Source: Aplysia californica (lineage: Eukaryota). Taken from it: a DNA stretch of 64,000 bases. Position numbers and translations under genes: made by a program. The notes beneath the pieces are model-generated. The model was not told the origin of the DNA. It did no database searches and worked only from the letters and a program-made list of their open reading frames with translations. The stretch covers positions 83,927-147,926 of the forward strand of contig NW_004797539.1 in NCBI RefSeq assembly GCF_000002075.1, written 5' to 3'. Below are positions 1 through 10,839 of the stretch, piece after piece (the stretch's first letter is position 1; the number at the start of each line of letters is the position of its first letter).

Positions 1-1809
1 CCCCTCCTCCCTTTTCATCTTGATGACTGTGACAATACTAGCCTAAACCAATTATCTGGAGTTTGTGTACAAATATCAACCGCGTTGCCAACCGTGGCTG
101 CCGATTGTCCATCATTGCCCTTCCACAACTTTTAATATAATGAGAACGTCCTTCCCAAATCAAAATAAAGAAATCCTGGAAATAGGAAATAGGTGACTAA
201 CAAACAAAAATACTAAGATTTCAGGATGCTTTGATATCATGAAATATCGAGATTTTACTGTAATTTTGTTTTTGCCCCCTAAGTGAACCCCATTTATGAA
301 CGAGATCCAAGTGAAATAAAAGTAATACACAGTCTCCTTTTTTAGTAAATCGAGGTTTTTGCATACCAATGTCTATCACAGTCGCCCTTAGCAACAGTCT
401 GTTTACATAGGTTGATACCCTATTTCCCACCCTCAAAAAATGGCAATTTGAAACGCAAAAAGCGAATATATAATAAAAACTAGAACTCTTCCAAATTGGC
501 TGTGCTGAGTTGACTGTTTCTTGTGGACTCGATCCTACCTCAAAGTTTGGCTTTTGTCTGAACTTAGAGTTTCAATGTCCTTACTATTCCTTGTTGTTTT
601 TGTCCATTTTCTCAAAACAAAATTTTGATTTCACATACTGGTTGTTACAATCCATAAAATCACTGTCGTTCAATATATCCATCCGAAATTTTGAACACAA
701 GTTCCCAAGATAGTGGTGCATCCTCAAAAACGGCTCCATCTTGGAAACTGTAGTTTAAATTTGATTCTTGGATAAATAATTAGGCTGCTTACATTTTTTT
801 TTCATCACTTGCTTATTCAACATCTATATAAACTCACTATTTTGTCCCACTAACTGCTTTCGAAGGTTTGGAACATGCACAGGGTACTCAAGAACATTTT
901 CTGAAAGTTTCATTAAAATATTCTAAAAGGTGTATGAGATACAATCTTCCAAGTAACATGCCTATATTTTGTCTTCGGTGGCCATATTGGTAGCCTAATT
1001 TGCATATTATTCAACCTTTTTTCGACCTTCAAATATTTTTCTTCACCTATAGAGTACATACGTATGGTTATTGTAAGGCATGGTAGGCAAACAGCACAAA
1101 AAGCAGGTTCTAGCATCCTGATACCTTAACCCTATACTATTCCAAAATGCGTACACTCCTCAAAAATAACTACATTTTGAAAATAGCTCCTAGTTTCCAA
1201 ATTACCTTATACACTCTGCATTTAAGCCACAGAGAAAAATATAAAAGACAAATAATACTAATTAGATCAGTTTCATTTCATATTTCTTTTTTGAGAATCT
1301 TGGAAACCGAAACCTCGGTAAATCGGTAATAATCTTCAGGATTAGTCGAAAAAAATCACATCTGTACGTGTTTTAAGTTGTCTGTTTGCGGTTATGTCTG
1401 TATAAGTGCATATTATAATGAATTGTATATAGGGTCCAAACAAATTTGCCGTAAAGCGGGTGATGTGTGTGGAAAAAGAAGCCAAAGTCCAGAAAGTTGT
1501 TTTTGTGTTGCCACTGTCATCTAGACGGGAAAAAANNNNNNNNNNNNNNNNNNNNNNNNNNNNNNNNNNNNNNNNNNNNNNNNNNNNNNNNNNNNNNNNN
1601 NNNNNNNNNNNNNNNNNNNNNNNNNNNNNNNNNNNNNNNNNNNNNNNNNNNNNNNNNNNNNNNNNNNNNNNNNNNNNNNNNNNNNNNNNNNNNNNNNNNN
1701 NNNNNNNNNNNNNNNNNNNNNNNNNNNNNNNNNNNNNNNNNNNNNNNNNNNNNNNNNNNNNNNNNNNNNNNNNNNNNNNNNNNNNNNNNNNNNNNNNNNN
1801 NNNNNNNNN

Positions 1810-1844
1810 CAGACAGAGACAGAGACAGAGACAGAGACAGAGAC

Positions 1845-1879
<35 letters not shown>

Positions 1880-1925
1880 CACAGACAGGGAGGGAGAGAG
1901 GGGGGGGGCAGACAGACAGAAAGAT
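1810..1925. repeat. (AGAGAC)n/(AGAC)n microsatellite
   Basis: direct inspection. Confidence 0.9.
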
Positions 1926-2417
1926 AGTCGGACAAACAGGATTATTATTTTAATTTTGATAGATAAAAAGAACCACAAGCCGCTGACTCAAAGCTTATCA
2001 CTTTCGGTATAACGTTTAGCTAGAACTTTCTGAATCTTCCTGTTTCCTTTGCACACTTTCTAATCAGTTCGTCAAGAAAGCATGGTTCGATTTCAAAGTA
2101 TAATAGTTTCTCTTATGTTACAATTACTGTTATTATGACTTGTGTGAGATTTGGTGTAGGGAAAGGGAAGTTTTGGTGGGTTTGTTTGTTTTCAATTTTG
2201 TTTGGGGGTGGGTAGGGGGTTGGGGTGGGGGTCTTTTGTGAACGGGTTAATCTGGCCTTGGGCATCGAACTCTCAGGAGTGTCGAAGGATTTCACAAGTT
2301 TCGGATAATCTAAGTGCTTTATGAACTCTGGTAATAGAACTTTCAATAACAGGTTAATCCTACAGGGGTTCCACTAGTTTATATATTTTTTTTTAATGAG
2401 CAGATGTTGAATTACAG

Positions 2418-2459
2418 ACAATATTCCTGAAGGCTTTATTGACAACAGACCAAAAGATG
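2418..2459 (+). CDS. Possible 42-nt phase-1 micro-exon (or 5' extension) of the Gly/His-rich gene
   Basis: ttacag|AC AAT ATT CCT GAA GGC TTT ATT GAC AAC AGA CCA AAA GAT G|gtaaat, in frame with the big exon. Confidence 0.4.
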
Positions 2460-2495
2460 GTAAATATTTATGTTGTCTCCCCGCCCCAACAACAG

Positions 2496-4734
2496 ATCTG
2501 AACGGAGATAATATCGAGGAAAACGTTGGAGAATCCAAAGGTGGCCAAAGTCGTTCAGGATACTACCGGCCCGACAACGGGGATGGAGGGTTCCCGGAAC
2601 ACAACTTTGTTGCCAGAGAAAGCGATGAATCCGGAGCTGCCGACCACGTAAGGGACACGGGTGAGCATTGGAAAGTTGGTGCTGATAAAGGAAGTTTCCG
2701 TCAAGGTCGAGGCCAGGAGGATGACCGTGAAGAGATGCATGATCCAGGTGCTCCTGAAGGTGATGCTGTTTATGTTTCAAGGAATGAAGAAAGTGACAGA
2801 GCTCATGTTTCAAGGAATGAAGGAGGTGATCAACGCCACAGCGTAGGTGCAGGGGGCGCCGCTAATCGTGCACACGATAAAAGACGAGCTGGTGACGACG
2901 GTAGGGGCTCAGGGGGAGATGGAAGTCCTGACATTCGTGGATACGGTCATAATGCGAACGAGCGTGGTAAAAGCGTTAGCCTTAGTGACAACGGGTATGG
3001 TCAGGACGTTAGCACAGAAGATCAAAAGGATAGCCGTGGCAGCAGACAGGGCAAAGGAGTCAGTGGGAAGGGAAATGGCAATGGTTTCCCCGGCCGCAGT
3101 GCAAGTGTTAACGAACATAGCCGAAGTTCCAGTGGACAGGGAAGTTTTGTTAACGAACATGGCCAAAGTTCTAGTGGACATGGAAGTTTTGTTAACGGAC
3201 ATGGCCGAAGTTCCAGTGGACAGGGAAGTTTTGTTAACGAACATGGCCGAAGTTCCAGTGGGCAGGGAAGTTTTGTTAACGAACATGGCCAAAGTTCTAG
3301 TGGACACGGAAGTTTTGTTAACGAGCATGGCCGAAGTTCTAATGGNNNNNNNNNNNNNNNNNNNNNNNNNNNNNNNNNNNNNNNNNNNNNNNNNNNNNNN
3401 NNNNNNNNNNNNNNNNNNNNNNNNNNNNNNNNNNNNNNNNNNNNNTAACGAACATGGCCGAAGTTCTAGTGGACATGGAAGTTTTGTTAACGAGCATGAC
3501 CGAAGTTCTAATGGACATGGAAGTTTTGTTAACGAGCATGGCCGAAGCTCTAATGGACATGGAAGTTCTGTTAACGAACATGGCCGAAGTTCTAGTGGAC
3601 ATGGAAGTTTTGTTAACGAGCATGACCGAAGTTCTAATGGACATGGAAGTTTTGTTAACGAGCATGGCCGAAGCTCTAATGGACATGGAAGTTCTGTTAA
3701 CGAACATGGCCGAAGTTCTAGTGGACATGGAAGTTTTGTTAACGGACAAGGCTTTCGTGCTAAGAGCCATGGTAATAACGGGCACAGTAATAGTGTTGAT
3801 GGTCATGGAGATAGCGTCCCTGGCAACGGTTACAGCCCTGGCGTTGGCGATGGCAATAGTAGAGCCCCCACCTCTGGAGATGTAAACCGTGCTCATGATG
3901 GTGGCCATAGTGGGAGTGGTAATTTTAGAGATAGTCACGAGAATGGAGGTGGTCATAAAGTCAACAAGCGAAGCAACTTTCACCATGGTGACCGATATGA
4001 AGATAGCGGTTCATGGGCAGCACAGTCTGGGCCACATCTTGGAGGTGGTGGCGGTAGAGAGGGAGGTGGTGGAGGTGGAAGGGGAAGAGGTGGTGGAAAG
4101 GGAGAAGATGGTGAAACAGGAGGGGGAGGGGAAGGAGGTGGAAGAGGAGGAGGAAAAGGCGGAGGAGCAAGAGGTGAAGGAGGAGGAAATGATGAACCTA
4201 GAAGTTATAGCAGGAGTGAGGGTGCTGGACCAAAGACATACCACAGGTCAAGTGTGCGTAAACCTTGTGCTGAAAGTTCAACAGGTAGACGTGCTTCAAG
4301 GACGGAACCGGCTGGGGCGTATTACGGTGATGGCGGTGATCAACTCCACGGCGTAGGTGCAGGGGGCGCCGGTAATCGTGCACACGATAAAAGACGAGCT
4401 GGTGACGACGGTAGGGGCTCAGGAGGAGATGGAAGTCCTGACATTCGTGGATACGGTCATAATGCGAACGAGCGTGGTAAAAGCGTTAGCCATAATGACA
4501 ACGGTTATGGTCAATTCGTTAGCACAGGAGATCACGAGGATAGCCGTGAGAGCAGACAGGGCAAAAGAGTCAATGGGAAGGACCATGGCAATGGTTTCCC
4601 CGGCGGCAGTGCCAGTGTTCACGGTGACGGTGATGACGGTGCTGATGTAGGCAGAGGGCAATACGAGGCTGGAACTCGAGGGGACGGAGGGGGTTATCAA
4701 GATGTCGAAGGCGCCGGAGGCTCACACGACACGG
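2496..4734 (+). CDS. Large internal exon of a Gly/His/Ser/Asp-rich repetitive (low-complexity) protein
   Basis: Acceptor caacag at 2495 and donor G|GTAAGT at 4735. The frame is open (DLNGDNIEENVGESKGGQSRSGYY...MHDPGAPEG...NEHGRSSSGHGSFV repeats...GGSHDT); the only apparent frame change falls across the 100-N gap 3346-3445. The sequence is more GC-rich than its flanks. Confidence 0.8.
3106..3745 (+). repeat. 42-bp coding minisatellite (14-aa unit NEHGRSS[S/N]GHGSFV)
   Basis: Unit ttgttaacgaacatggccgaagttctagtggacatggaagtt, repeated about 5-6 times before and 7 times after an assembly gap. Confidence 0.95.
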
Positions 4735-5329
4735 GTAAGTGGAAACTTCTGGCGTAATTGGCGGGGGGTGTTGAATATAATATGTAAGAAAGATAATGGG
4801 GACAAAGTACATTCCACGTGGTATGCAGGATAGGTAACAGATTGTTTTAACCTTTTCAAAACAAAATGTTTGCCCCATTACTCTTTTCTGTTGACCGTAA
4901 CACTATTGCGTAAAAGAAAAGGAAGTAGGTCTCCTTCGATAAAAAAAAAAGAATTTAATTGTGCTATGAACTAACTATACAAATTCCTAAATGTCCTAGA
5001 ATTGAGGGTTTAGTTGTTTGTTTTTTTGTTTTTTTTTACTTTTATGAAGTGACAGATAAAGCAGACAAGGCACAGAGTATTGACTTTAAAAGTCTGAAAG
5101 CTTCTGGTAACGGACTTGATCAGCAGAAGTTTGAGGTCTCGACAGCCTTCCGGGAAAACGTTCTCTCCGACTTTGGTAAGCTGACGGGGTGCCAAAAGTT
5201 CTACGTCACTGCGTCAATTTGTATGTATTAATGCATAGATTAAGTGTCCCTTTTAAAGCAAAAAGACTATGTTCGATGGTATAAAATGATAATCACTTAC
5301 TTACTTAGCTTATCAGGACGTTCATTGCC

Positions 5330-6210
5330 TTTGACTCCTGCATGACCAGGGCTATTATCCTTACAATTCTTGTGAGTCTGCTGCTTTGTATTGCCTCTCA
5401 CCATACATCATGTGTATCTTCCCTTTTTCGAGGGTATTCATCGAGTCGGTGACGACGATGGCAGACTGATATTCCGTCGTCTTAATCCAATCAAGGGCTA
5501 CTGTGATGGCTTTCATCTCCATGCATATGCTGGACGTGGTTATACTAGTGGTGCCTGACAGCTCTCTCAGTATGACCCCTTTTAAAAGGGCGCTGAAAGC
5601 CCATCCAGATTAGAAACCACGCTGTACTGATCCATCTGTGAAGATGACTAGGTCGCCCTGTTCACTGTTCTCCTCTATCAGCGTCTCTTCCTCTGCATTG
5701 GCTGCTCCCTCTGGCCACGCACGACATTCTCTGCCTAAGGTTATTATCACTCGCGTATACAGACCAGGTGTGTCATTGACGCTGACCCATGAGCTGCCCC
5801 TTCGGATCTCTTGCACTTCACAGCATTTAGTCAAAGTTGTCATCCATCCATTCAGCCCCTCTAAGCAGACGCGTGTGTACAGTTCTTCCCACTTTGTCAT
5901 GCAGTGGGTGCTGATCACCGGCGCAGGCTCTAAAATACTCTTTCAGCTGAGCAATCTTGTGACGTTCTACCTTGGCTGGGAGGTCAAGGAGATAATGCAT
6001 AGCCTTGCAGGATGTGTCTCGTGTGCACCCGAGAACAGTCAGCGATCTTTCGTTCTGAATTCTTTCAAGGTGGTTCAGCTGCAACGTTGACAAAGTGAGG
6101 AGACCGAGGCCATAGTCTGTCACAGACAGCACAAGAGTCTGGTATAGTAAGGCTAAAATTCTCTGTGGCATTCTGCTACACGCCATGGTTTTCAGTGCTG
6201 TCAGTATAAA
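5330..6210 (-). mobile_element. Degenerate non-LTR retrotransposon fragment with RT C-terminus and RNase H
   Basis: Frameshifted ORFs: ...LYQTLVLSVTDYG...LERIQNE...GCTRDTS... (post-RT region) followed by LVIFTDGS (RNase H first motif). Confidence 0.75.
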
Positions 6211-6267
6211 ATCACGCTGGTGAAGAGTAATGAATCATGTTTTACGAGGGCTGCCTGCACTGTATGT

Positions 6268-6618
6268 GGCGTCGGTGGCCTAGTGGTTAGGCTATCCGAC
6301 TCGCAACCGCAAGGTCGTGGGTTCGAATTCCGTCAGGGACCCGACGTTGTGTCCTTGGGAAAGGCACTTTACACGAATTTTCCTCACTTCACCCAGGTGG
6401 GAATGGGTACCTGGCTATAGACAGTGAAAGATCTTGTCAGTTTGTTATTGTTTGAGCGCTTAATCAGCTGCTTGCACTGTATGCTTCCCGGGAAGCTGAG
6501 AATGTTTCGGAGTGTTCTAAGGTATGCTGGGGTAATAATATAGTGTAAAGCGCATAGAGCCTGCTGTTGAGCGGGGATATGCGCTATACAAACGCTATTT
6601 ATTTATTTATTTTATTTG
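6268..6618 (+). mobile_element. tRNA-derived SINE (family 1)
   Basis: A box tggcctagtgg, B box ggttcgaattcc, body ttgtgtccttgggaaaggcacttt...cacccaggtgggaatgggtacc, (ATTT)n tail. Confidence 0.8.
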
Positions 6619-6753
6619 TATGTAGCCCTACACGATATCAACAGAGCTGTGCGCCGGTGGTAAAAAGAAAATGCGATAAAATACAAAGACATAATACACT
6701 GGAACCAATGTTATTACCCTCATGCTTATGTGTTTTGTTTCTTGTTACTGTAG

Positions 6754-6795
6754 ATGACGGAGGTACTTTTGGCCAATGTCGTTCTTGCGCTCAAG
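6754..6795 (+). CDS. 42-nt phase 1-1 exon continuing the Gly/His-rich gene (DDGGTFGQCRSCAQ)
   Basis: Strong pyrimidine tract + tgtag acceptor and G|GTGAGT donor; phase matches the 4734 donor. Confidence 0.6.
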
Positions 6796-7544
6796 GTGAG
6801 TTGCTGCTCCTCTTGTTAGATGTAGGTTTTGTTCGGTGTTCATTGATGGAGAGACATATTTAAACTACTCTGTTTGGATGTACGATCAAGCATATTACCC
6901 CTATCCGTTCGCCCTGAGGTCATGTTGTACCCCCAGGGTTGTATTCTTCACAGTTTAGAATACTTCTAGTAGGAAGATCTCTTTGAAACTTTCAGTATTG
7001 CTCAAAACATCATTTTGACCGACTGCTATGCAAAGCGTACGGATCAGATTAACGAGTAAATTTCCTCTTTGGAAAGCGGTGGCACATAGTTCCCCACGCT
7101 GTATGGATGCGATAGTAAAAACACGACTTACGGAAAGGGTTAAATTTTAAAAAATACACTGCATGACAATTCGAATCGAATTGAGTAGAAATGAATTGTC
7201 GCTTGAAAATTTCCTTCCAAGAAATGTCTATTGATGTAAAAATATTACCCCAGATGAAGGAGCCAAGCTAAAGGCAGTGACTATACTTTGCAGAGCATCG
7301 TTAGTTTCCTGGCCTGACACAAGCCACGAAACATGCATACCTGCTGGGCCAGAAATCTTTTTAGGGTGACAACAATCCAAATGATTACTACACTCTTGTA
7401 ATCTTTGATACACTACAAGACTCGTGTAATGAAGCTCTACGACTTATGAAGGCGTACGTCCACAATTTTGGCATAACAGGCTTCATTACTCATAGTTGGC
7501 CTCGACTATTTTGAAACGCAAAATGTTATTTATTTTGTTTAGGC

Positions 7545-7850
7545 AAATGCTTTACGGCGCTCGCAACTGCATAAGGTCACATAAGCGCGCGGGACACATT
7601 AATTTTTGTTTTAGTTTAGTAGAAATTAATTTTGATTTTTGCCTAGGTGTTGGCCTAAACACACACATATTGATTTTGGACCCTCAAGGGATCTTTAACT
7701 TGCGCAGCTTGCACACGGGACTTCCGAGATTTATTTACCCTTGTTTGAAATGGCTAGATGTTAGATCTTACCTACCCTAAGATCAGGGGTGTGGTTGAAA
7801 GACAGAAGTAAAATTTAACCAAGGAGTAGCAGAGGAGGGGGAAAGGGGAG
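7545..7850 (-). mobile_element. SINE family 2 partial copy (runs into gap)
   Basis: tttacggcgctcgcaactgcataaggtcac...caagggatctttaac...agatcttaccta. Confidence 0.65.
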
Positions 7851-9790
7851 GGGGGGGNNNNNNNNNNNNNNNNNNNNNNNNNNNNNNNNNNNNNNNNNNN
7901 NNNNNNNNNNNNNNNNNNNNNNNNNNNNNNNNNNNNNNNNNNNNNNNNNNNNNNNNNNNNNNNNNNNNNNNNNNNNNNNNNNNNNNNNNNNNNNNNNNNN
8001 NNNNNNNNNNNNNNNNNNNNNNNNNNNNNNNNNNNNNNNNNNNNNNNNNNNNNNNNNNNNNNNNNNNNNNNNNNNNNNNNNNNNNNNNNNNNNNNNNNNN
8101 NNNNNNNNNNNNNNNNNNNNNNNNNNNNNNNNNNNNNNNNNNNNNNNNNNNNNNNNNNNNNNNNNNNNNNNNNNNNNNNNNNNNNNNNNNNNNNNNNNNN
8201 NNNNNNNNNNNNNNNNNNNNNNNNNNNNNNNNNNNNNNNNNNNNNNNNNNNNNNNNNNNNNNNNNNNNNNNNNNNNNNNNNNNNNNNNNNNNNTTAAAAA
8301 ATTTCCCGTTAATTATTTTCAGAAAATTACAGCAAATCATGGCTACAGTTCCTGTTTTTCGGGCGCTGAGTGGCTCCGCAGTAGATGATAACCCAGCCAC
8401 ATCATGAAAAAAAAGTCTGAGGAAGAGGACCCGAAATGAAATTGAATGTTTCCTGTTACAGCTTTTATCGAAGAGCCTGGAGAAATGAATGTAGTCTTGA
8501 AGCATACGTCACTAGGCGATGCGACTTATCGAAGTCAAAAGTCTTTCTGAGAACATAGCTTAGTCATTTTAATATTGTTCACCGTATTTCGAAATCAAAA
8601 TGACGTTTTTAAACGGAATTGAAACTTTCGATTTTGGCAAAAGCCTTGCCCCCCCCCCCCCGAGGATTATGTAACATTACACATTCTTAAATCATTAAAT
8701 GAAATTAACACCAGTAGTTTCCTGTTTTCGTCTTTGTTGTTGCTTGACTTTGGAAGCAATACTTTGTTTTGATTTGAGGTTTTTTGTTTGTTTGTTTGTT
8801 TGTTTGTTTGTTTGTTTTGTTGTTCATGTAGAAAACAGATGCAGAAATGTGTTTTGCAATACTTGGAGTAACCATCGCAGATACATGTTTTTCTCAAATA
8901 TGTGCCAATCATTTGTACTCCGTCGTATAGACGCTGGATGATAGGTCAAAGGGCTCGATTGTTCAATGACTTCACTGTATCACAAGAGGATACTCGAAAA
9001 CTTGATCTGCAGACTGGAATGCTTCCATGTGCTCTTTCATTTAAACGTCACTGTTTTCTGGACATTGCCTTTAATACGGGTGGTTGTACGATGTCACTAG
9101 AAGGTCCAACGTCTTCACAATCTTTCTAAAACACCTTACCCGGCCCTGAATAACCATGTTTGCGTTCATGTGCTGCTCCTTGCATATTGTGGTGAACTGT
9201 TCGATGTCCATTTGTCTGCACAGGTCTATTTTGGTACACGTTTCATTTCAATTAATGTACCCCTCCCCCTTCTTCTTTCACTGAGATCAGTCTCTCAACG
9301 CAGTGAGAGTTACCTTGGTTCAAATCTATAACGGGGCATTCTTGGTTTTCTGAAGAGGTCTCAGTGCTCTCCATCACCTGGAATTATCAGAATGGCATTT
9401 TTCTTGGAACATGCCTGTTGGATTAATATCTGATAGAAAACAAAGCAGACTACCTCTCTATAGATTGACACATATTTTGACACAGTTTTGTTTTGGAATA
9501 AGAGAAAGATTAACCTTGTATTGTGATTACAAAATGTACAGATATTGCAATTCGTCGAAAATAGTGCCTCCAGGCAATCAATTCAATCATTTTGACCTTG
9601 AGACAATTACTCTGCATGAACGTTTTATAATCTTTATCGAATGCGTAATCTACAGACCTAAAAACGAGCAAACAGAAATATTATGTACTCCCAGCTTTTG
9701 TAAACAGTATAATTAAGTCATAAAAATGGGATTCCTAGCATTAGCGTTTCCAGCAGTCCTCAGTAACAGCCCAGAGCGGTACTTCTCAGT

Positions 9791-10556
9791 CTAGGTCCGA
9801 CAGCAGGTGGCCTGCGCCTGTACCCCCGTTTCGGGTCCAAACTTCTCGGCTCCATTCACAGCAACACACGTATCTGTGCCTGCAGCGTTGGCTGTAGAGA
9901 AAGAGTGGTAATGTCAATTAAGATTTATGACAAATAGGAATAACGACTGCATTAAGATTTATTGGGGCTGTTGGCTGCTTGACTTTGTGTCTGTCTTTGT
10001 TGTTGTTGTTGTTTTGTTTTGATGTTGCATTTGTTGGGGGGGTTTGGGGGGGCGGTCGAGGGGGAGGGGGTTGGGGGGGGGTCTTTTTGTTTGGGAAAGG
10101 GGGGGGGGGGGTAAGATTAAAAAGTAACGACAAACTAGACATTTTGAGAGCACCGTTAGCTGAATTAATAATGTATCCCGCTAGCCTAGGGATGGACCTG
10201 GTTCGAAACTCCAATGGAACGTTCTAAACTTGGGTTGTTTTTGTGGAGTGGAATTTTTTAAAACTCTCCACTTATTTGGCTCGGTCCTATCTGAAATGGG
10301 TGTTAAATTCGAAGGTCTCGCTTCTTAAATAGCCTTGCGGTGTTGAAAGGGGTGTTAAACCTATACAATGACACAATGACAATTACCAGATTTACTATCG
10401 GTCATCTCCAAGTTGGAGAACGAGCAAAGATAATGAGAACAAGCGTTCAGAACCCTTGTAGTTGGTGCTTTCTATATCAGACCCTGATTAAATGCAGTTT
10501 CCATTGTCAGTTCGTGAGTATGGTGTGCGTGTAATCTTTCGTGTGTGTGTGTGTGT

Positions 10557-10610
<54 letters not shown>

Positions 10611-10802
10611 CTTTTGTGGTAGTGAGTGTGGTGCGCGAGTATGCTTGCGCGTATGCGTATGTAGTTATGATGTGCTCGTGAGTATGTGCGTATGTATGCG
10701 TGCATGCATATGAGTTCGTGAGTATGGTGTGCATGTACGCATGTATGTGTATGGGTGTACAAGTAGCAATGAGGATTATAAACACAGACACACAGACACA
10801 CA

Positions 10803-10839
<37 letters not shown>

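Noticed and set aside
1342-2012. Long ORFs made of X runs and dinucleotide-repeat translations (here and throughout)
   Set aside because: Artefacts of N gaps and microsatellites.
3106-3745. Regular 42-bp repeat as a possible CRISPR array
   Set aside because: No unique spacers, eukaryotic context, and it is an in-frame coding tandem repeat.
2847-4650. Alternative plus-frame ORFs (MAEVLVDMEVLLTN repeats) and antisense ORFs (MFVNKTSMSTRTSA repeats) over the big exon
   Set aside because: Shadow frames of a stop-poor 42-bp repeat. They are interrupted by stops outside the repeat, whereas the Gly/His frame is open from acceptor to donor. The listed 636-aa ORF is a chimera of two frames joined across the N gap.
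6268-6345. tRNA genes (also 13000-13060, 18810-18885, 55750-55825)
   Set aside because: A/B boxes continue into SINE bodies or are degenerate; no convincing cloverleaf.
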